A stretch of 63,498 nt of DNA, filler included, from Acidimicrobiia bacterium (GCA_029210695.1; 7 parts of 7 records of this genome joined end to end with filler, not necessarily neighbours in it); one strand, 5' to 3'; positions 10,490-20,386 are shown, numbered from the whole stretch's first letter. A program made the numbers and translations. The notes: generated by a model from the letters alone, not told the origin.

Positions 10490-10879
10490 ATGGATGTTCT
10501 CCTACAAACTCATTCGGGTTATCGCTGGATCGTGCTGGCAGTCCTGCTCGGCGTCGGGATCCTCGGACTGGTCCGATCGGGGCAAGGTGCCATCTGGTCG
10601 AAGGACGCCGAACGGCCGTTCACACTGGCGACGATCTTGTTCGATCTCCAAATTGCGCTCGGCATTGCGCTGTGGATCGGCAACAAAGGGTGGGACCAGG
10701 ATTTCTTCATCAAGGTGATCCATCCGCTGGGGATGATCCTGGCGGTCGGTGTCGCCCACATGGCCGTGATGAGAACTCGCAAGGGTGACCCCACCAAAGC
10801 CTTTCGTATGGCCGGAATCGGCCTCCTGGCGGCTCTGGTGATCGTGGCCGCCGTTGTTCCCCGCGACGCATGGTTCTAA
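10490..10879 (+). CDS. Small 4-TM membrane protein with His residues (cytochrome b-like, tentative)
   Basis: HSGYRW, DLQ..LG, HP..M..A...AH pattern. Confidence 0.7.
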   Translation: MDVLLQTHSGYRWIVLAVLLGVGILGLVRSGQGAIWSKDAERPFTLATILFDLQIALGIALWIGNKGWDQDFFIKVIHPLGMILAVGVAHMAVMRTRKGDPTKAFRMAGIGLLAALVIVAAVVPRDAWF

Positions 10880-10899
10880 TCCTGGTACTCGATACCTAG

Positions 10900-10970
10900 G
10901 TGGCTGCCGAAAAAGTGGCTTTCGGTGAGGTTGGTTGGCGGCGGGCCAGTCGTGGGTGATGCCGGAGACC
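10900..10970. mobile_element. IS terminus (IS5/IS1182-like) at CTAG target
   Basis: CTAG|GTGGCTGCCGAAAAAGT...; identical to the end starting at 39493; first 17 bp shared with 21580. Confidence 0.8.
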
Positions 10971-11070
10971 NNNNNNNNNNNNNNNNNNNNNNNNNNNNNN
11001 NNNNNNNNNNNNNNTTAATTAATTAANNNNNNNNNNNNNNNNNNNNNNNNNNNNNNNNNNNNNNNNNNNN
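10971..11070. other. Artificial contig linker (also 21652-21751, 30712-30811, 39565-39664, 47790-47889, 55886-55985)
   Basis: N44-TTAATTAATTAA-N44, stops in all frames. Confidence 0.99.
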
Positions 11071-11258
11071 GCCCAGGACGCGCTCAGGACGCGATCCGGT
11101 CGTGGAGTGGGTGTCTAGGCGGTCCATCAATTCGGCGAGATCACCTTTCTATGCGGATCTGTTGCAGGGCTTGACCGCGGTGCAATTGACTATGAACGAA
11201 GCGCTCGGTCGAGGTCACTGAGCGGAGCAACACACACGTGCCGACGAAGTCGGCACGC

Positions 11259-13088
11259 CTACTCTGCTAGTGCCCTAGCCGACCTCAACCACAGGACCCC
11301 GACCGTTCCTATGATCGCCACCAGAACGGTCAGCATCGAGATGACGATGAATGGGGACCGACCTCCCTCGCCCCCGCCCTCGTCACTCAGGAACATCGAC
11401 AGCCCCTGACCGTCATCGTCCGATGGGTCGTCTCGTTGCTCCGAGTCCGGGATCTCGACTTCCTCATCGGGCGTGTCGACCCCGACTTCCGTGTCGGACG
11501 ACTCGTCGGCTTCGCCGGTCAGTCCGAGGATGAAGTCAGCAACCGCCGCGATTTCGTCGCTTGTCATTCGCCCGGAGTACGCGGGCATCGAGTCCCGACC
11601 GTCGGCGGTCACTGAGATCAACTCAGAACGGGAGAGGGAGGTGCCGGCGACGGGACCACCGACACCCCCTGATCCGTCGGCGCCGTGGCAAGCCGCGCAG
11701 TATTTGGCGTAGAGAGAGGTGCCGTCGACGCCTCCTGGATCTGCGGAAGATGTGGAGGAATCACCGCGGAGTGCTGACAGGTAGGCGACGACGGCATTGA
11801 TTTGTTCGGTGCTGAGGCGGCCGCTGAATCCGGGCATTGACCCCCGGCCGTTGTTTGTGACTGTGCGAAGTTGGGAATCGGTTAGCGCATGATCCACCAG
11901 GTCGCCACCGGAGGCGCCGTGACAAGCAGCGCAGGATTCTGCCCAGACGCTGGCCCCACTCGGAGGAGGTGACCCGGGGGCGGTCGTTGTGGTCGTGGGG
12001 GTAGCGCTCCCCAATCCGGCCACATATGTCGAGACGGCGGTGATCTCGTCAGTCGTGAGCTTGCTGGAGAACCCGGGCATTCCGCTGGTTCCGCTCTTGG
12101 TGACGGCCGACACCTGTGACGTGGTGAGGCCGCGCCCAACAAGGTCGCCACCAGACGCACCGTGACAGGCTGCGCAGTTGGCTGAATAGACGGCGGCTCC
12201 GCTCGGCGGTGGCGGGGGAGGCGTCCCCGGCGCGGTGGTGGTAGTAGTGGGAGGAGCGATGGATTCGACGAAGGTGATGATCGCCTCGATCTCGGCTGAA
12301 GTGAGACTGCCTGAGAACGGGGGCATGCCACCGCCGGTGCCGTTGGCAGTTGCCGAAACGAGCTGGCTATGGGACAGGGTCGAGGTGACGAGATCTCCAC
12401 CGTTGGATCCGTGGCACGCCGAACACTTCGAGGCGTACAGAGCCGATCCATCAGGCGGTGGTGGGGGAGGAGTGCCTGGCGCGGTGGTAGTAGTGGCGGC
12501 GGGAGCACCGTCGGCATCGAGCACGTATTGAGATACGAGAATGATCTCGCTCGAGGTCAGGGTGCCTGTGTATCCGGGCATGCCTGTGACTCCGTTGGCA
12601 ACTGCCGTTGTGAGTTGACCGAGGGTGAGCCCGCGGCCGAGCAGGTTGCCGCCCCCGCCGCCATGGCAACCGGCGCAGTTGGCCTGGTAGATGGCTTCGC
12701 CGCTTCCAGGTGGCGCTGCGATCGTCGTGGTCGTGACGACCGTCGCTGGATTGTCCGCCCCGGCCCCTGGGAAGGTGCCGGCCTGGATCTCTTGGAGGTT
12801 GGTGTATCCGTCACCGTCGCTGTCGAGGTTCTGGACAGCGACGAAGTCTTTGTCTGCCTCATCGAAGTCGTCGGCAAACTGGTTCTCGTCCCACTTGCCC
12901 TCGGAATTCGTGAAATGGCACAACGAGCAGGTGTCGAGACGGGTTCCGGCTGCATCCGGATATGCAATCCGGAAAGCCGGAAGGAAGTCCTCGGCATCCT
13001 CGGCGGCCGCCCCCTCGCCGAGGACCAACAACGACCCGACGACCAGAGTCCCCACCAGCGTGAGCATGGCCGCAGCTCGCGCTTTCAT
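11259..13088 (-). CDS. Secreted, C-terminally anchored multi-domain c-type cytochrome (6 CxxCH)
   Basis: Signal peptide; CSLCH, CAGCH, CSACH, 3x CAACH; five repeats with a distal MP motif; P/T linkers; DSDGDG; C-terminal TM. Confidence 0.9.
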   Translation of the reverse strand: MKARAAAMLTLVGTLVVGSLLVLGEGAAAEDAEDFLPAFRIAYPDAAGTRLDTCSLCHFTNSEGKWDENQFADDFDEADKDFVAVQNLDSDGDGYTNLQEIQAGTFPGAGADNPATVVTTTTIAAPPGSGEAIYQANCAGCHGGGGGNLLGRGLTLGQLTTAVANGVTGMPGYTGTLTSSEIILVSQYVLDADGAPAATTTTAPGTPPPPPPDGSALYASKCSACHGSNGGDLVTSTLSHSQLVSATANGTGGGMPPFSGSLTSAEIEAIITFVESIAPPTTTTTAPGTPPPPPPSGAAVYSANCAACHGASGGDLVGRGLTTSQVSAVTKSGTSGMPGFSSKLTTDEITAVSTYVAGLGSATPTTTTTAPGSPPPSGASVWAESCAACHGASGGDLVDHALTDSQLRTVTNNGRGSMPGFSGRLSTEQINAVVAYLSALRGDSSTSSADPGGVDGTSLYAKYCAACHGADGSGGVGGPVAGTSLSRSELISVTADGRDSMPAYSGRMTSDEIAAVADFILGLTGEADESSDTEVGVDTPDEEVEIPDSEQRDDPSDDDGQGLSMFLSDEGGGEGGRSPFIVISMLTVLVAIIGTVGVLWLRSARALAE

Positions 13089-13217
13089 CTCGCACATCCT
13101 TCGATACTCGGTTCCTACCCACCGTCAGTATCGGTCGATGGCGCCTAACGCCCTACCAATGAATGGTTAACGAGCGGTTAAGAATTGGGGGGCCTCCATG
13201 TCTGGTTGAATGCTGCG

Positions 13218-14225
13218 ATGCGCGACTGGTCGACCATGCCGAAGGTGGAGCTTCACCTTCATCTAGAGGGTGCAATTCCTGTGCCGACTCTGTGGGAGTT
13301 GATCGAGCATCACGGCGGTGATCCCGTGATCAAGAGCGTGGATCAGTTGGTCGAGTTCTACGAGTATCGCGACTTCCCGCACTTCATGGAGACCTGGGTG
13401 TGGATGAACGGCTTCCTGAAGACCTACGACGACTTCGAGTTCGCCGCCGAGGCCGTGGCCCGTCATCTCGTCGCGCAGAACATCCTGTATGCGGAGGCCT
13501 TCTTCTCACCAACGGATTTCCGACGTCACAACCTGACCCGGCAAGTCATTGCCCTGGCGATCCGGGCGGGATTGAGCAAGGTGCCTGAGATCGAAGTCCC
13601 GCTGGTCGTCGATCTCGTACGAGATCGCGGCCCCGACGGCACGGCGGCGACCCTGGCGGCCGTTCAGGAGGTTGCCAATGAGGCGGGCATCATCGGGATC
13701 GGCATCGGAGGGTATGAGGCAGAGCACCCACCCGAGCTGTTCACTGAGGTATACCGGACGGCGCGGGAGGCCGGCTTCCGTCTGACCGCTCACGCCGGTG
13801 AGGCGGCAGGCCCGGAGAGCGTGTGGGGGGCCATCAACAGCCTCGGTGTCGAGCGGATCGGACACGGCGTCCGCTCGGTGGAGGATCCCCGGCTCATGGA
13901 GTATCTCGTCGAGCATCAACTGCCGCTCGAGGTCTGTCCGACCTCGAACATCCGCACCGGGGTGGTACCCGGCTGGGACGACCATCCGGCCAAGACGCTC
14001 ATCGAAGCCGGGGCCATGGTGACGATCAACACGGACGACCCGGCGATGTTCCATTCGACCCTGGCCGGCGAGTTCCGGGTCCTGGAAGAGATCTTCGCCC
14101 TCGACGACGAAACGCTTAGAAGAATCTCTCTGGCGCCGGTAGAAGCCTCGTGGGCGTCTGAGGAAACCAAGCAACGTCTGCGAACTGACATCGAACACTG
14201 GTGGGCTTCTCCCCCCGGCCGTTAG
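13218..14225 (+). CDS. add: Adenosine/adenine deaminase
   Basis: PKVELHLHLEG, HAGE, RIGHG, CPTSN, NTDDP. Confidence 0.93.
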   Translation: MRDWSTMPKVELHLHLEGAIPVPTLWELIEHHGGDPVIKSVDQLVEFYEYRDFPHFMETWVWMNGFLKTYDDFEFAAEAVARHLVAQNILYAEAFFSPTDFRRHNLTRQVIALAIRAGLSKVPEIEVPLVVDLVRDRGPDGTAATLAAVQEVANEAGIIGIGIGGYEAEHPPELFTEVYRTAREAGFRLTAHAGEAAGPESVWGAINSLGVERIGHGVRSVEDPRLMEYLVEHQLPLEVCPTSNIRTGVVPGWDDHPAKTLIEAGAMVTINTDDPAMFHSTLAGEFRVLEEIFALDDETLRRISLAPVEASWASEETKQRLRTDIEHWWASPPGR

Positions 14226-14419
14226 GCCGGGGGGAGTGCCGAGTCTTCGAGGCGAGGGGGGCTACCGCTTGGCGGCGGTAGCTTCGAGTTGCTGCGCAAG
14301 TCGGGCAGATGCTTTCTCCCCCGGCCGGAAGGACGGGGGGAGTGCCGAGTCTTCGAGGCGAGGGGGGTTACCGCTTGGCGGCGGTAGCTTCGAGTTGCTG
14401 CGCAACTCGGGCAGATGCT
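14207..14419 (+). repeat. Two tandem ~106-bp units, each a REP-like double hairpin (family 1) plus a conserved linker
   Basis: TTCTCCCCC..GGGGGAGTGCCGAGTCTTCGAGGCGAGGGGGG at 14207 and 14314, each followed by near-identical TACCGCTTGGCGGCGGTAGC...GCAGATGCT. Confidence 0.9.
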
Positions 14420-14476
14420 CCACAACTCGCCCCACTACTTACTACCTACTACCTGCTCCCCCTCTACCATCCCTCC

Positions 14477-15277
14477 ATGCCTTTCATCACCCTCACGACC
14501 GACTTCGGTACCCGCCAGGGCAGCGACACGGTGCTGCACGGAGCCATCTACAACATCGCCCCGGACGCGGTGATCACCGATCTCTCACACGAGGTGAAAC
14601 CGCAGGACATCCGCGAGGCGAACTTCGTGGTCAACAACAGCGTCTTCTTCTTCCCGCCGGGAACCGTGCACGTGATCGTGGTCGACCCCGGAGTCGGTAC
14701 CGAACGCCGCCCGATCGCCGGCCGAATCGGCGAGCACTACTTCGTTGCCCCCGACAACGGCGTGCTGAGTTCCTGTCTGGCCCGCGCGGAGGCCGAGGGT
14801 TGGACGACCGAGTTCGTCCACGTCGACAAACCGGAGTACTGGCTGCCGAACGTCACGATGACGTTCCACGGCCGCGACCTCTTCTCGCCGGTGGGCGCCC
14901 ATCTGGCCGCCGGTGTTCCCCTCACCGATCTCGGCACCCCTATCGACGACATCATCACGATCCCGCTCTGGGGAGCGACTCGCAACGACGACGGCAGCGT
15001 CGAGGGCGAGGTGATCTACATCGACGACTTCGGCAACGCCATCTGCTCGATTCTCCCCGAAGACATCGCCCATCTCCCGGTCCCCGACGGGGTCGAGGTG
15101 GAACTCTGCGGCGCCCGCATCGAAGGCATGGTCAGCACGTTCGGTGATTCGGAGTACGACTCCGACACCCTCATCGCCTTATGGGACTCGAGCGGCTACC
15201 TGCTCGTCTCGGAGAACAACGGCACCGGCGGCAAGGTCATCAAACCGAAACCCGGCGACCGCGTCGTAGTTCGCTAA
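14477..15277 (+). CDS. SAM hydrolase / SAM-dependent halogenase family (DUF62)
   Basis: ITLTTDFG, VVDPGVGTER, FVAPDNG, TFHGRDLF, IDDFGN. Confidence 0.93.
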   Translation: MPFITLTTDFGTRQGSDTVLHGAIYNIAPDAVITDLSHEVKPQDIREANFVVNNSVFFFPPGTVHVIVVDPGVGTERRPIAGRIGEHYFVAPDNGVLSSCLARAEAEGWTTEFVHVDKPEYWLPNVTMTFHGRDLFSPVGAHLAAGVPLTDLGTPIDDIITIPLWGATRNDDGSVEGEVIYIDDFGNAICSILPEDIAHLPVPDGVEVELCGARIEGMVSTFGDSEYDSDTLIALWDSSGYLLVSENNGTGGKVIKPKPGDRVVVR

Positions 15278-15282
15278 TCCCG

Positions 15283-15330
15283 TTCTGGCGTCAGGAAGCG
15301 CGCAATTCTGTCGGGTTTCTAACGCCAGAA
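15283..15330 (-). repeat. REP-like palindrome family 2 between convergent genes
   Basis: Reverse complement of the 38541-38588 copy with 1 mismatch. Confidence 0.85.
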
Positions 15331-15335
15331 GCCAC

Positions 15336-16082
15336 TCAGAGGCGGCCGGCGTCGATGATACGCTGGAGGAACTGCTGGGTGCGCGCTTCGCGCGGTGACG
15401 AGAAGATCTCTTTCGGAGGGCCTTGCTCCAGGATCATGCCCTGGTCGAGGAAGCAAACTCGATCGGCGACGTCACGGGCGAAGCCCATCTCGTGGGTGGC
15501 GATGAGCATCGTCATGCCCGTGTCCTTCAATCCGCGAATGACGTTGAGTACCTCGGCCACTAGTTCGGGGTCGAGGGCAGAGGTGACCTCGTCGAACAGC
15601 ATCAGTTCGGGTTCGGTGGCCAGTGCCCGGATCACCGCCACCCGTTGTTGTTCTCCGCCGCTGAGCCGATCGGGGTACTCGTTGATCTTGTCGGTGAGTC
15701 CGAACTGCTCGAGCAACCGCCGGGCGTGATCCTCCGCCTGTTCCTGAGGTACGCCGTGGACTTTGCGTGGACTGAGGGTGATGTTGTCGAGCACCTTCAT
15801 ATGGGGGAAGAGGTTGAAGGCCTGGAAGACGATGCCCATCTTCTCCCGCACTTGGTTGGGGTTGACGCCGGGTGCGGTGATGTCGTTCGTGTCGAGGAAG
15901 ATCTGTCCTTCGTCGATGGGGACGAGCAGGTTGATTGCCTTGAGCATGGTCGACTTGCCCGACCCGGATGATCCGATGAGACAGATGACGTCGTGATGCC
16001 CGACGGTGAGGTCGACGTCGCGCAGCACGACCTTGTCGTCGAATGACTTGCGAACGTTCTTGAGTTCGAGTTTCGAGGTCAT
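15336..16082 (-). CDS. Polar amino-acid ABC transporter ATP-binding protein
   Basis: GSSGSGKST, LSGGEQQR, FDEVTSALD, THEMGFA. Confidence 0.95.
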   Translation of the reverse strand: MTSKLELKNVRKSFDDKVVLRDVDLTVGHHDVICLIGSSGSGKSTMLKAINLLVPIDEGQIFLDTNDITAPGVNPNQVREKMGIVFQAFNLFPHMKVLDNITLSPRKVHGVPQEQAEDHARRLLEQFGLTDKINEYPDRLSGGEQQRVAVIRALATEPELMLFDEVTSALDPELVAEVLNVIRGLKDTGMTMLIATHEMGFARDVADRVCFLDQGMILEQGPPKEIFSSPREARTQQFLQRIIDAGRL

Positions 16083-16948
16083 CAGTTACTCACCGCCTGT
16101 TTGCGTCGCCGATCCCGATCGGTGTACCAGTCGGTGAATCGGGCTACCGGCACACTCACCAGCAGGAACAGGATGGTGGCGGTCACATAGCCGCTGTAGT
16201 TGAACGTCCTGGCCGCATAGATATCGGCCTCGCGGACGCCCTCACGGATACCGAGTACGAATACCAGCGCCACGTCCTTCTGGAGCGAGACGAACCCGTT
16301 CAGCAGGGCGGGGATGACGTTGCGGATCGCCTGCGGAACGATGACGTAGCGCAGCGCCTGGATCTGTGTGAGGCCCAACGACCTGGCCGACATCCGCTGC
16401 GACTCGTGCACCGACTCGATACCGGCCCTGTACACCTCGGCCGTGTAGGCGCTGTAGCTGATAACGAGGGCGGTCAGTCCCCAGAAGATGGCGCTGCGCG
16501 GGACGCCCGGCAACTGCAGAGCGGGCACGCCGAACCCGAGCAAGAGGATCAGCAAGATGATCGGGACACCGCGGATCAGATCGATGAATGTGATCGCCAG
16601 TGCCCGCAGCGGGAAGAAGGCCGGTCCGCGCAGCGAGCGGATCATGGCGATGACCAACGAGATGGTCAGAATCAGCACCTCGGCGAGGAGGAACAGGCGG
16701 ATGTCTAGCCAGAACCCGCCGGCTATGTCGGGGAACGATTCGACCATCCGGTCCCAGTTGAAGAACTGCCGTTGAACTGCCGGCCAGGCTTCCGAGGTCA
16801 GGATCACCCACAGGGCGACTCCGAGGAAGATCACCGTGGAGGCGGCGGCAATCAGCGCGCCGCGCGCACCCTCTTCTCGGGAGCGGGGACTACGTGGGGG
16901 TCCGATAAGTCTCGGACCCCCAACGAGTTCTTCGACCGGATCGGTCAA
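16082..16948 (-). CDS. Polar amino-acid ABC transporter permease
   Basis: IRGVP, AYTAEVYRAGI, EAA-loop equivalent, PQAIR. Confidence 0.95.
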   Translation of the reverse strand: MTDPVEELVGGPRLIGPPRSPRSREEGARGALIAAASTVIFLGVALWVILTSEAWPAVQRQFFNWDRMVESFPDIAGGFWLDIRLFLLAEVLILTISLVIAMIRSLRGPAFFPLRALAITFIDLIRGVPIILLILLLGFGVPALQLPGVPRSAIFWGLTALVISYSAYTAEVYRAGIESVHESQRMSARSLGLTQIQALRYVIVPQAIRNVIPALLNGFVSLQKDVALVFVLGIREGVREADIYAARTFNYSGYVTATILFLLVSVPVARFTDWYTDRDRRRKQAVSN

Positions 16949-16960
16949 GGCGTTTCCCGG

Positions 16961-17836
16961 CTAGTCCGAGATGGTGGGAATGCCACCGCCCTGAGTCAGG
17001 TAGGTGTCCTCGAGTTCTTGGAGTTTGCCACTGTCTTTGATGGTTTCCAGTGCATCGTTGATGCAGCCGACCAGGGTGTTGCCCTCGGCAAACAACATTC
17101 CGTATTCATCGGGTGCTGCAGCTTCAGCTTCGAACTGTCCGGCGATGATCGAGCCCTCGACCTGGGCTGCGGTGATGTAATAGGCGGCCGGGAGGTCGAC
17201 TACAAGGCCGTCAATCTGGCCGGCGTTCATGGCAGCTTCCAGATCAACGTTCTCGTCGTAGACGTTCGGATCCGTATCAGGCTTGATCACATCCTCGATG
17301 AAATCGAGGCTGGTCGTGCCGATCGCGGCACCCAGGATGGCGTCCTTGAGGTCGTCGGTGCTGGTTGCTCCGGCGAACGGCGAGTCCGGGTAGAGCACGA
17401 GTGCCTGGCGGGTTGTGTAGTACGGATCGCTGAAGTCCATGATTTCATCGCGATCTGCTGTGATCGAGTACTGCTGGATGTTGAAATCCCAGTCCTTCGG
17501 TCCGGGGGCGATGGCATCGAAAAAATCTGTGCGAACCCACACGACGTCCGCTTCGGCAAAGCCGAGTTCTTCTGCCAGTGCGTAGACGATGCCCGCTTCG
17601 AAGCCGAGCTTCGAGGTGGGGTCGTCGAAACCGTTGCCGTCGTTGTCACCGACCCATGGTGGGAAAGCGGGTTCTCCGGTGGCGACGGTCAACTTGCCTT
17701 CGGTGACCAGTTCTAGTTCCTCAAACTCGCAGGACCCGGACGCACCCGAATCCCCATCACTGTCCCCACAAGCCGCCGCCAGCATGGCGAATGCGACCAG
17801 CAAGATCAGGAATTTGGCCCACGTAGATGAGCGCAT
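16961..17836 (-). CDS. Amino-acid ABC transporter substrate-binding lipoprotein
   Basis: Lipobox LAAAC; GKLTVAT..PAFPPW; FSDPYY; SD GGAGG. Confidence 0.93.
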   Translation of the reverse strand: MRSSTWAKFLILLVAFAMLAAACGDSDGDSGASGSCEFEELELVTEGKLTVATGEPAFPPWVGDNDGNGFDDPTSKLGFEAGIVYALAEELGFAEADVVWVRTDFFDAIAPGPKDWDFNIQQYSITADRDEIMDFSDPYYTTRQALVLYPDSPFAGATSTDDLKDAILGAAIGTTSLDFIEDVIKPDTDPNVYDENVDLEAAMNAGQIDGLVVDLPAAYYITAAQVEGSIIAGQFEAEAAAPDEYGMLFAEGNTLVGCINDALETIKDSGKLQELEDTYLTQGGGIPTISD

Positions 17837-17943
17837 CTCTCCTCCAAATTGATTAGGCCAAAAGCCTAGCGCCTGCCGATTGCGACCCCTCAGCCCCGTG
17901 AGAAGCCTCACTCGTGTTTCTCCCCCTCGGCGAGTGCTCGCGT

Positions 17944-18223
17944 TTCTCCCCCACGACAAGTGGGGGAGATGCCGAGTCTTCGAGGCAGAGGGGGATCCTT
18001 CCCGAACGGGGATCGGAGAGGCAAGAGCGCGTCCCGGACGCCCAGTCGAGTTTCTCTCCCGCTTGAGCGGGTCGATATACCGAGACCCGACTATTGGGTT
18101 TGGATCTGAGCTGAAGGGTCTCTCTATATCGAGGAGGAGTCGCCGGACCTCAGCGACAGCTCGAACTCGCGTTTCTCTCCCGCTTCAGCGGGGGAGATGT
18201 CGCCGTTGCGGCGACAGAGGGGG
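17944..18223 (+). repeat. REP-like family 1 copies (17944-17994, 18173-18223; partial at ~17917 and ~18051)
   Basis: CGCGTTTCTC lead-in and the same double-hairpin layout. Confidence 0.8.
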
Positions 18224-18295
18224 TGGCTTGCTTGCTCCCACCGTCTCTCGACCGACGAGGCCCCCATAACCCGCACCGCATGCGAACATGTCCAC

Positions 18296-19123
18296 GTGCA
18301 CACGTCGGACCTCCTCAACACCTCATCTCTTCCCCGCCACGAAGCAGAACGTCTGCTCATGACGGTGACGGCGAGTTCCCGCGCCGACCTAGTCGCCGGC
18401 GTCGAGGTCGACACCGAACAGACGGAAACGTTCAACGCTCTCGCCGCTCGCCGCGCAGCAGGCGAACCGCTCCAATACATCGAAGGCACGGTCGACTTCG
18501 GCCCCATCGAGTTACTGACAGACAACCGCGCCCTGATCCCACGCCCGGAGACGGAAGCAGTCTGGGACGAGGCCCGACGGATGCTGGGCGAGGCTGGACG
18601 CGGGACGGTGATCGTTGATCTCTGCACAGGCAGCGGTGCGATGGCGCTTGCTCTGAAGTCTGTGTTCCCGGAAGCGCGCGTCTTCGCCACGGACATCAGC
18701 GAGGACGCTCTCTCGCTGGCCAAGGAGAACGCGGCCCGACTCGATCTCGACATCGAGTTCTTCCACGGCGACCTCTTCGATGCCCTGCCCAAATCGATCT
18801 ACGGTCGCATCGATCTTCTGGTCAGCAATCCCCCCTATATAGAGGAGGGGGAGTGGGACGGCCTTCCTTCGGACGTACGTGATCACGAACCGCGCCGGGC
18901 TCTCGTTTCTGGCCCGGAGGGAACGGAGATTCTGGAACGCATCGCCGACGACGTCTACTGGTGGCTCGGCGTCGGCGGCTGGGTTCTCTGCGAGATAGGG
19001 GAGACTCAGGGTCGTCGGGCCGACGAATTGTTCGGCCAGTGGCTCGACACCGAAGTCCGCCCCGACCTGACCGGCCGCGATCGCATCCTGGTCGGCCGCA
19101 AGGGTGCCCGCTGCTGCGTTTGA
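18296..19123 (+). CDS. prmC: Release factor glutamine methyltransferase
   Basis: GEPLQYI, LIPRPETE, DLCTGSG, SNPPY. Confidence 0.95.
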   Translation: MHTSDLLNTSSLPRHEAERLLMTVTASSRADLVAGVEVDTEQTETFNALAARRAAGEPLQYIEGTVDFGPIELLTDNRALIPRPETEAVWDEARRMLGEAGRGTVIVDLCTGSGAMALALKSVFPEARVFATDISEDALSLAKENAARLDLDIEFFHGDLFDALPKSIYGRIDLLVSNPPYIEEGEWDGLPSDVRDHEPRRALVSGPEGTEILERIADDVYWWLGVGGWVLCEIGETQGRRADELFGQWLDTEVRPDLTGRDRILVGRKGARCCV

Positions 19124-19129
19124 AACGCG

Positions 19130-19686
19130 TTCTCCCCTCACTGAGTGGGGGAGCCCCGAGTCTTCGAGGGGAGGGGGGCAAGCACTCAAACCTTCGACCG
19201 GCACTTGAAGGTTGACGACACCGTTTTCCTCCGCCGAAGGGGTAGTTTCTCGAGCCGTCAGACGAGAACCAGAGGGGGTCTCAAAACCCCACCAACCCTC
19301 AACCACCCCCTGAAGGTTGCGAGCCGCCGCCGAAGCGGGGATAGGGGAGGGCTACCCCCCTACGTTCTCCTCCCAGGGAGTGGGGGGAGTCCCGAGTCTT
19401 CGAGGGGTGGGGGGCTGCGACGGTGATTGGTGCGCGGGACGTGTTCTCATCTAGGAGTTGTGGCAGGTCCCTGCCCTGCTGGCCGCACTGAAGGGCAGCG
19501 TTCTCCCCTCACGGAGTGGGGGGAGTCCCGAGTCTTCGAGGGGAGGGGGGCCGCGACGGCGGTTGGTCTGCGGGACGTGTTCTCATCTAGGAGTTGTGGC
19601 AGGTCCCTGCCCTGCTGGCCGCACTGAAAGGCAGCGTTTTCCCACCACGGAGTGGGGGGAGTCCCGAGTCTTCGAGGGGAGGGGGG
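19130..19686 (+). repeat. REP-like family 1 cluster: single copy 19130-19178, then copies at 19365, 19501, 19637 (136-bp period)
   Basis: GGGGGAG(T/C)CCCGAGTCTTCGAGGGG(A/T)GGGGG repeated; 86-bp linker near-identical between units. Confidence 0.92.
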
Positions 19687-19691
19687 TCCTC

Positions 19692-20384
19692 CTACGCGTC
19701 AACCACCACAGCACTATCAAGGAACAAGGCGTTCGGCACTTCGGCATGCCCGCCGTCCATCAACTCAAGCCGTGTCGTGGCGGTGCCGATCTCGGTGATC
19801 CGACCGTGGCTGCCGCCGACGCGAATCGTCTGTCCCTCCTGATACCTGTCTCGCACATGCCGACCGGCGGCTACCTGCTTTGCCATGGGCACGGATCCCA
19901 GCCCGATCGCCAGTCCGGCTGCCAGTGCTCCGGCCAGACACAACGCTCCCACCAAGAGCAGGATGATGTCTGTGGAGATGCCGATCTGCTGTAAAGCGAT
20001 GATCACGCCGACGGCGAGGATCAGCGACGACGTCGCCATCCGCGCCCTGGCGGCGATAACGGGCGACACCCTCGTGAGCGCGGCCTCGATCAGAGTTCCG
20101 GTGATCTTCCCAAGGGCCCGGGCAATGATCACGACGATGAGTGCAACAAGTGCCTTCGGCAGATACCGCAGCGTCGAGTCGAGCAGGGTGTTGGCCTGGT
20201 CGGGATCGATGATGATCAAGGCAGTCACGACCACCACCGCCACGTACAGGACGGGTAGCACCTGGTCGATCAAGTCGGCCACTTTGTTCGGTAGTCGTTT
20301 GCGGAGGATTCGCCAGGCGATGGAAATCAGAAGGAGTCCGACCAGCACGCCGCCGGCGGTGGTGAGGGCATCGCGCAGGTTCAT
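19692..20384 (-). CDS. Small-conductance mechanosensitive channel (MscS)-like protein
   Basis: TM helices, LQQIGI, AIGLG, then G.I.EIG...T beta domain ending VPNALF. Confidence 0.8.
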   Translation of the reverse strand: MNLRDALTTAGGVLVGLLLISIAWRILRKRLPNKVADLIDQVLPVLYVAVVVVTALIIIDPDQANTLLDSTLRYLPKALVALIVVIIARALGKITGTLIEAALTRVSPVIAARARMATSSLILAVGVIIALQQIGISTDIILLLVGALCLAGALAAGLAIGLGSVPMAKQVAAGRHVRDRYQEGQTIRVGGSHGRITEIGTATTRLELMDGGHAEVPNALFLDSAVVVDA

Positions 20385-20386
20385 GA

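Noticed and set aside
10971..11070. TTAATTAATTAA motif recurring six times within N runs
   Set aside because: Artificial contig linker, not biology
19130..19686. CRISPR array
   Set aside because: Repeats ~50 bp and variable, spacers 86 bp and near-identical, no cas genes
14236..19994. ORFs with repeated PSLRGEGG / SPESSRGGG peptides
   Set aside because: Translations of REP-like repeats
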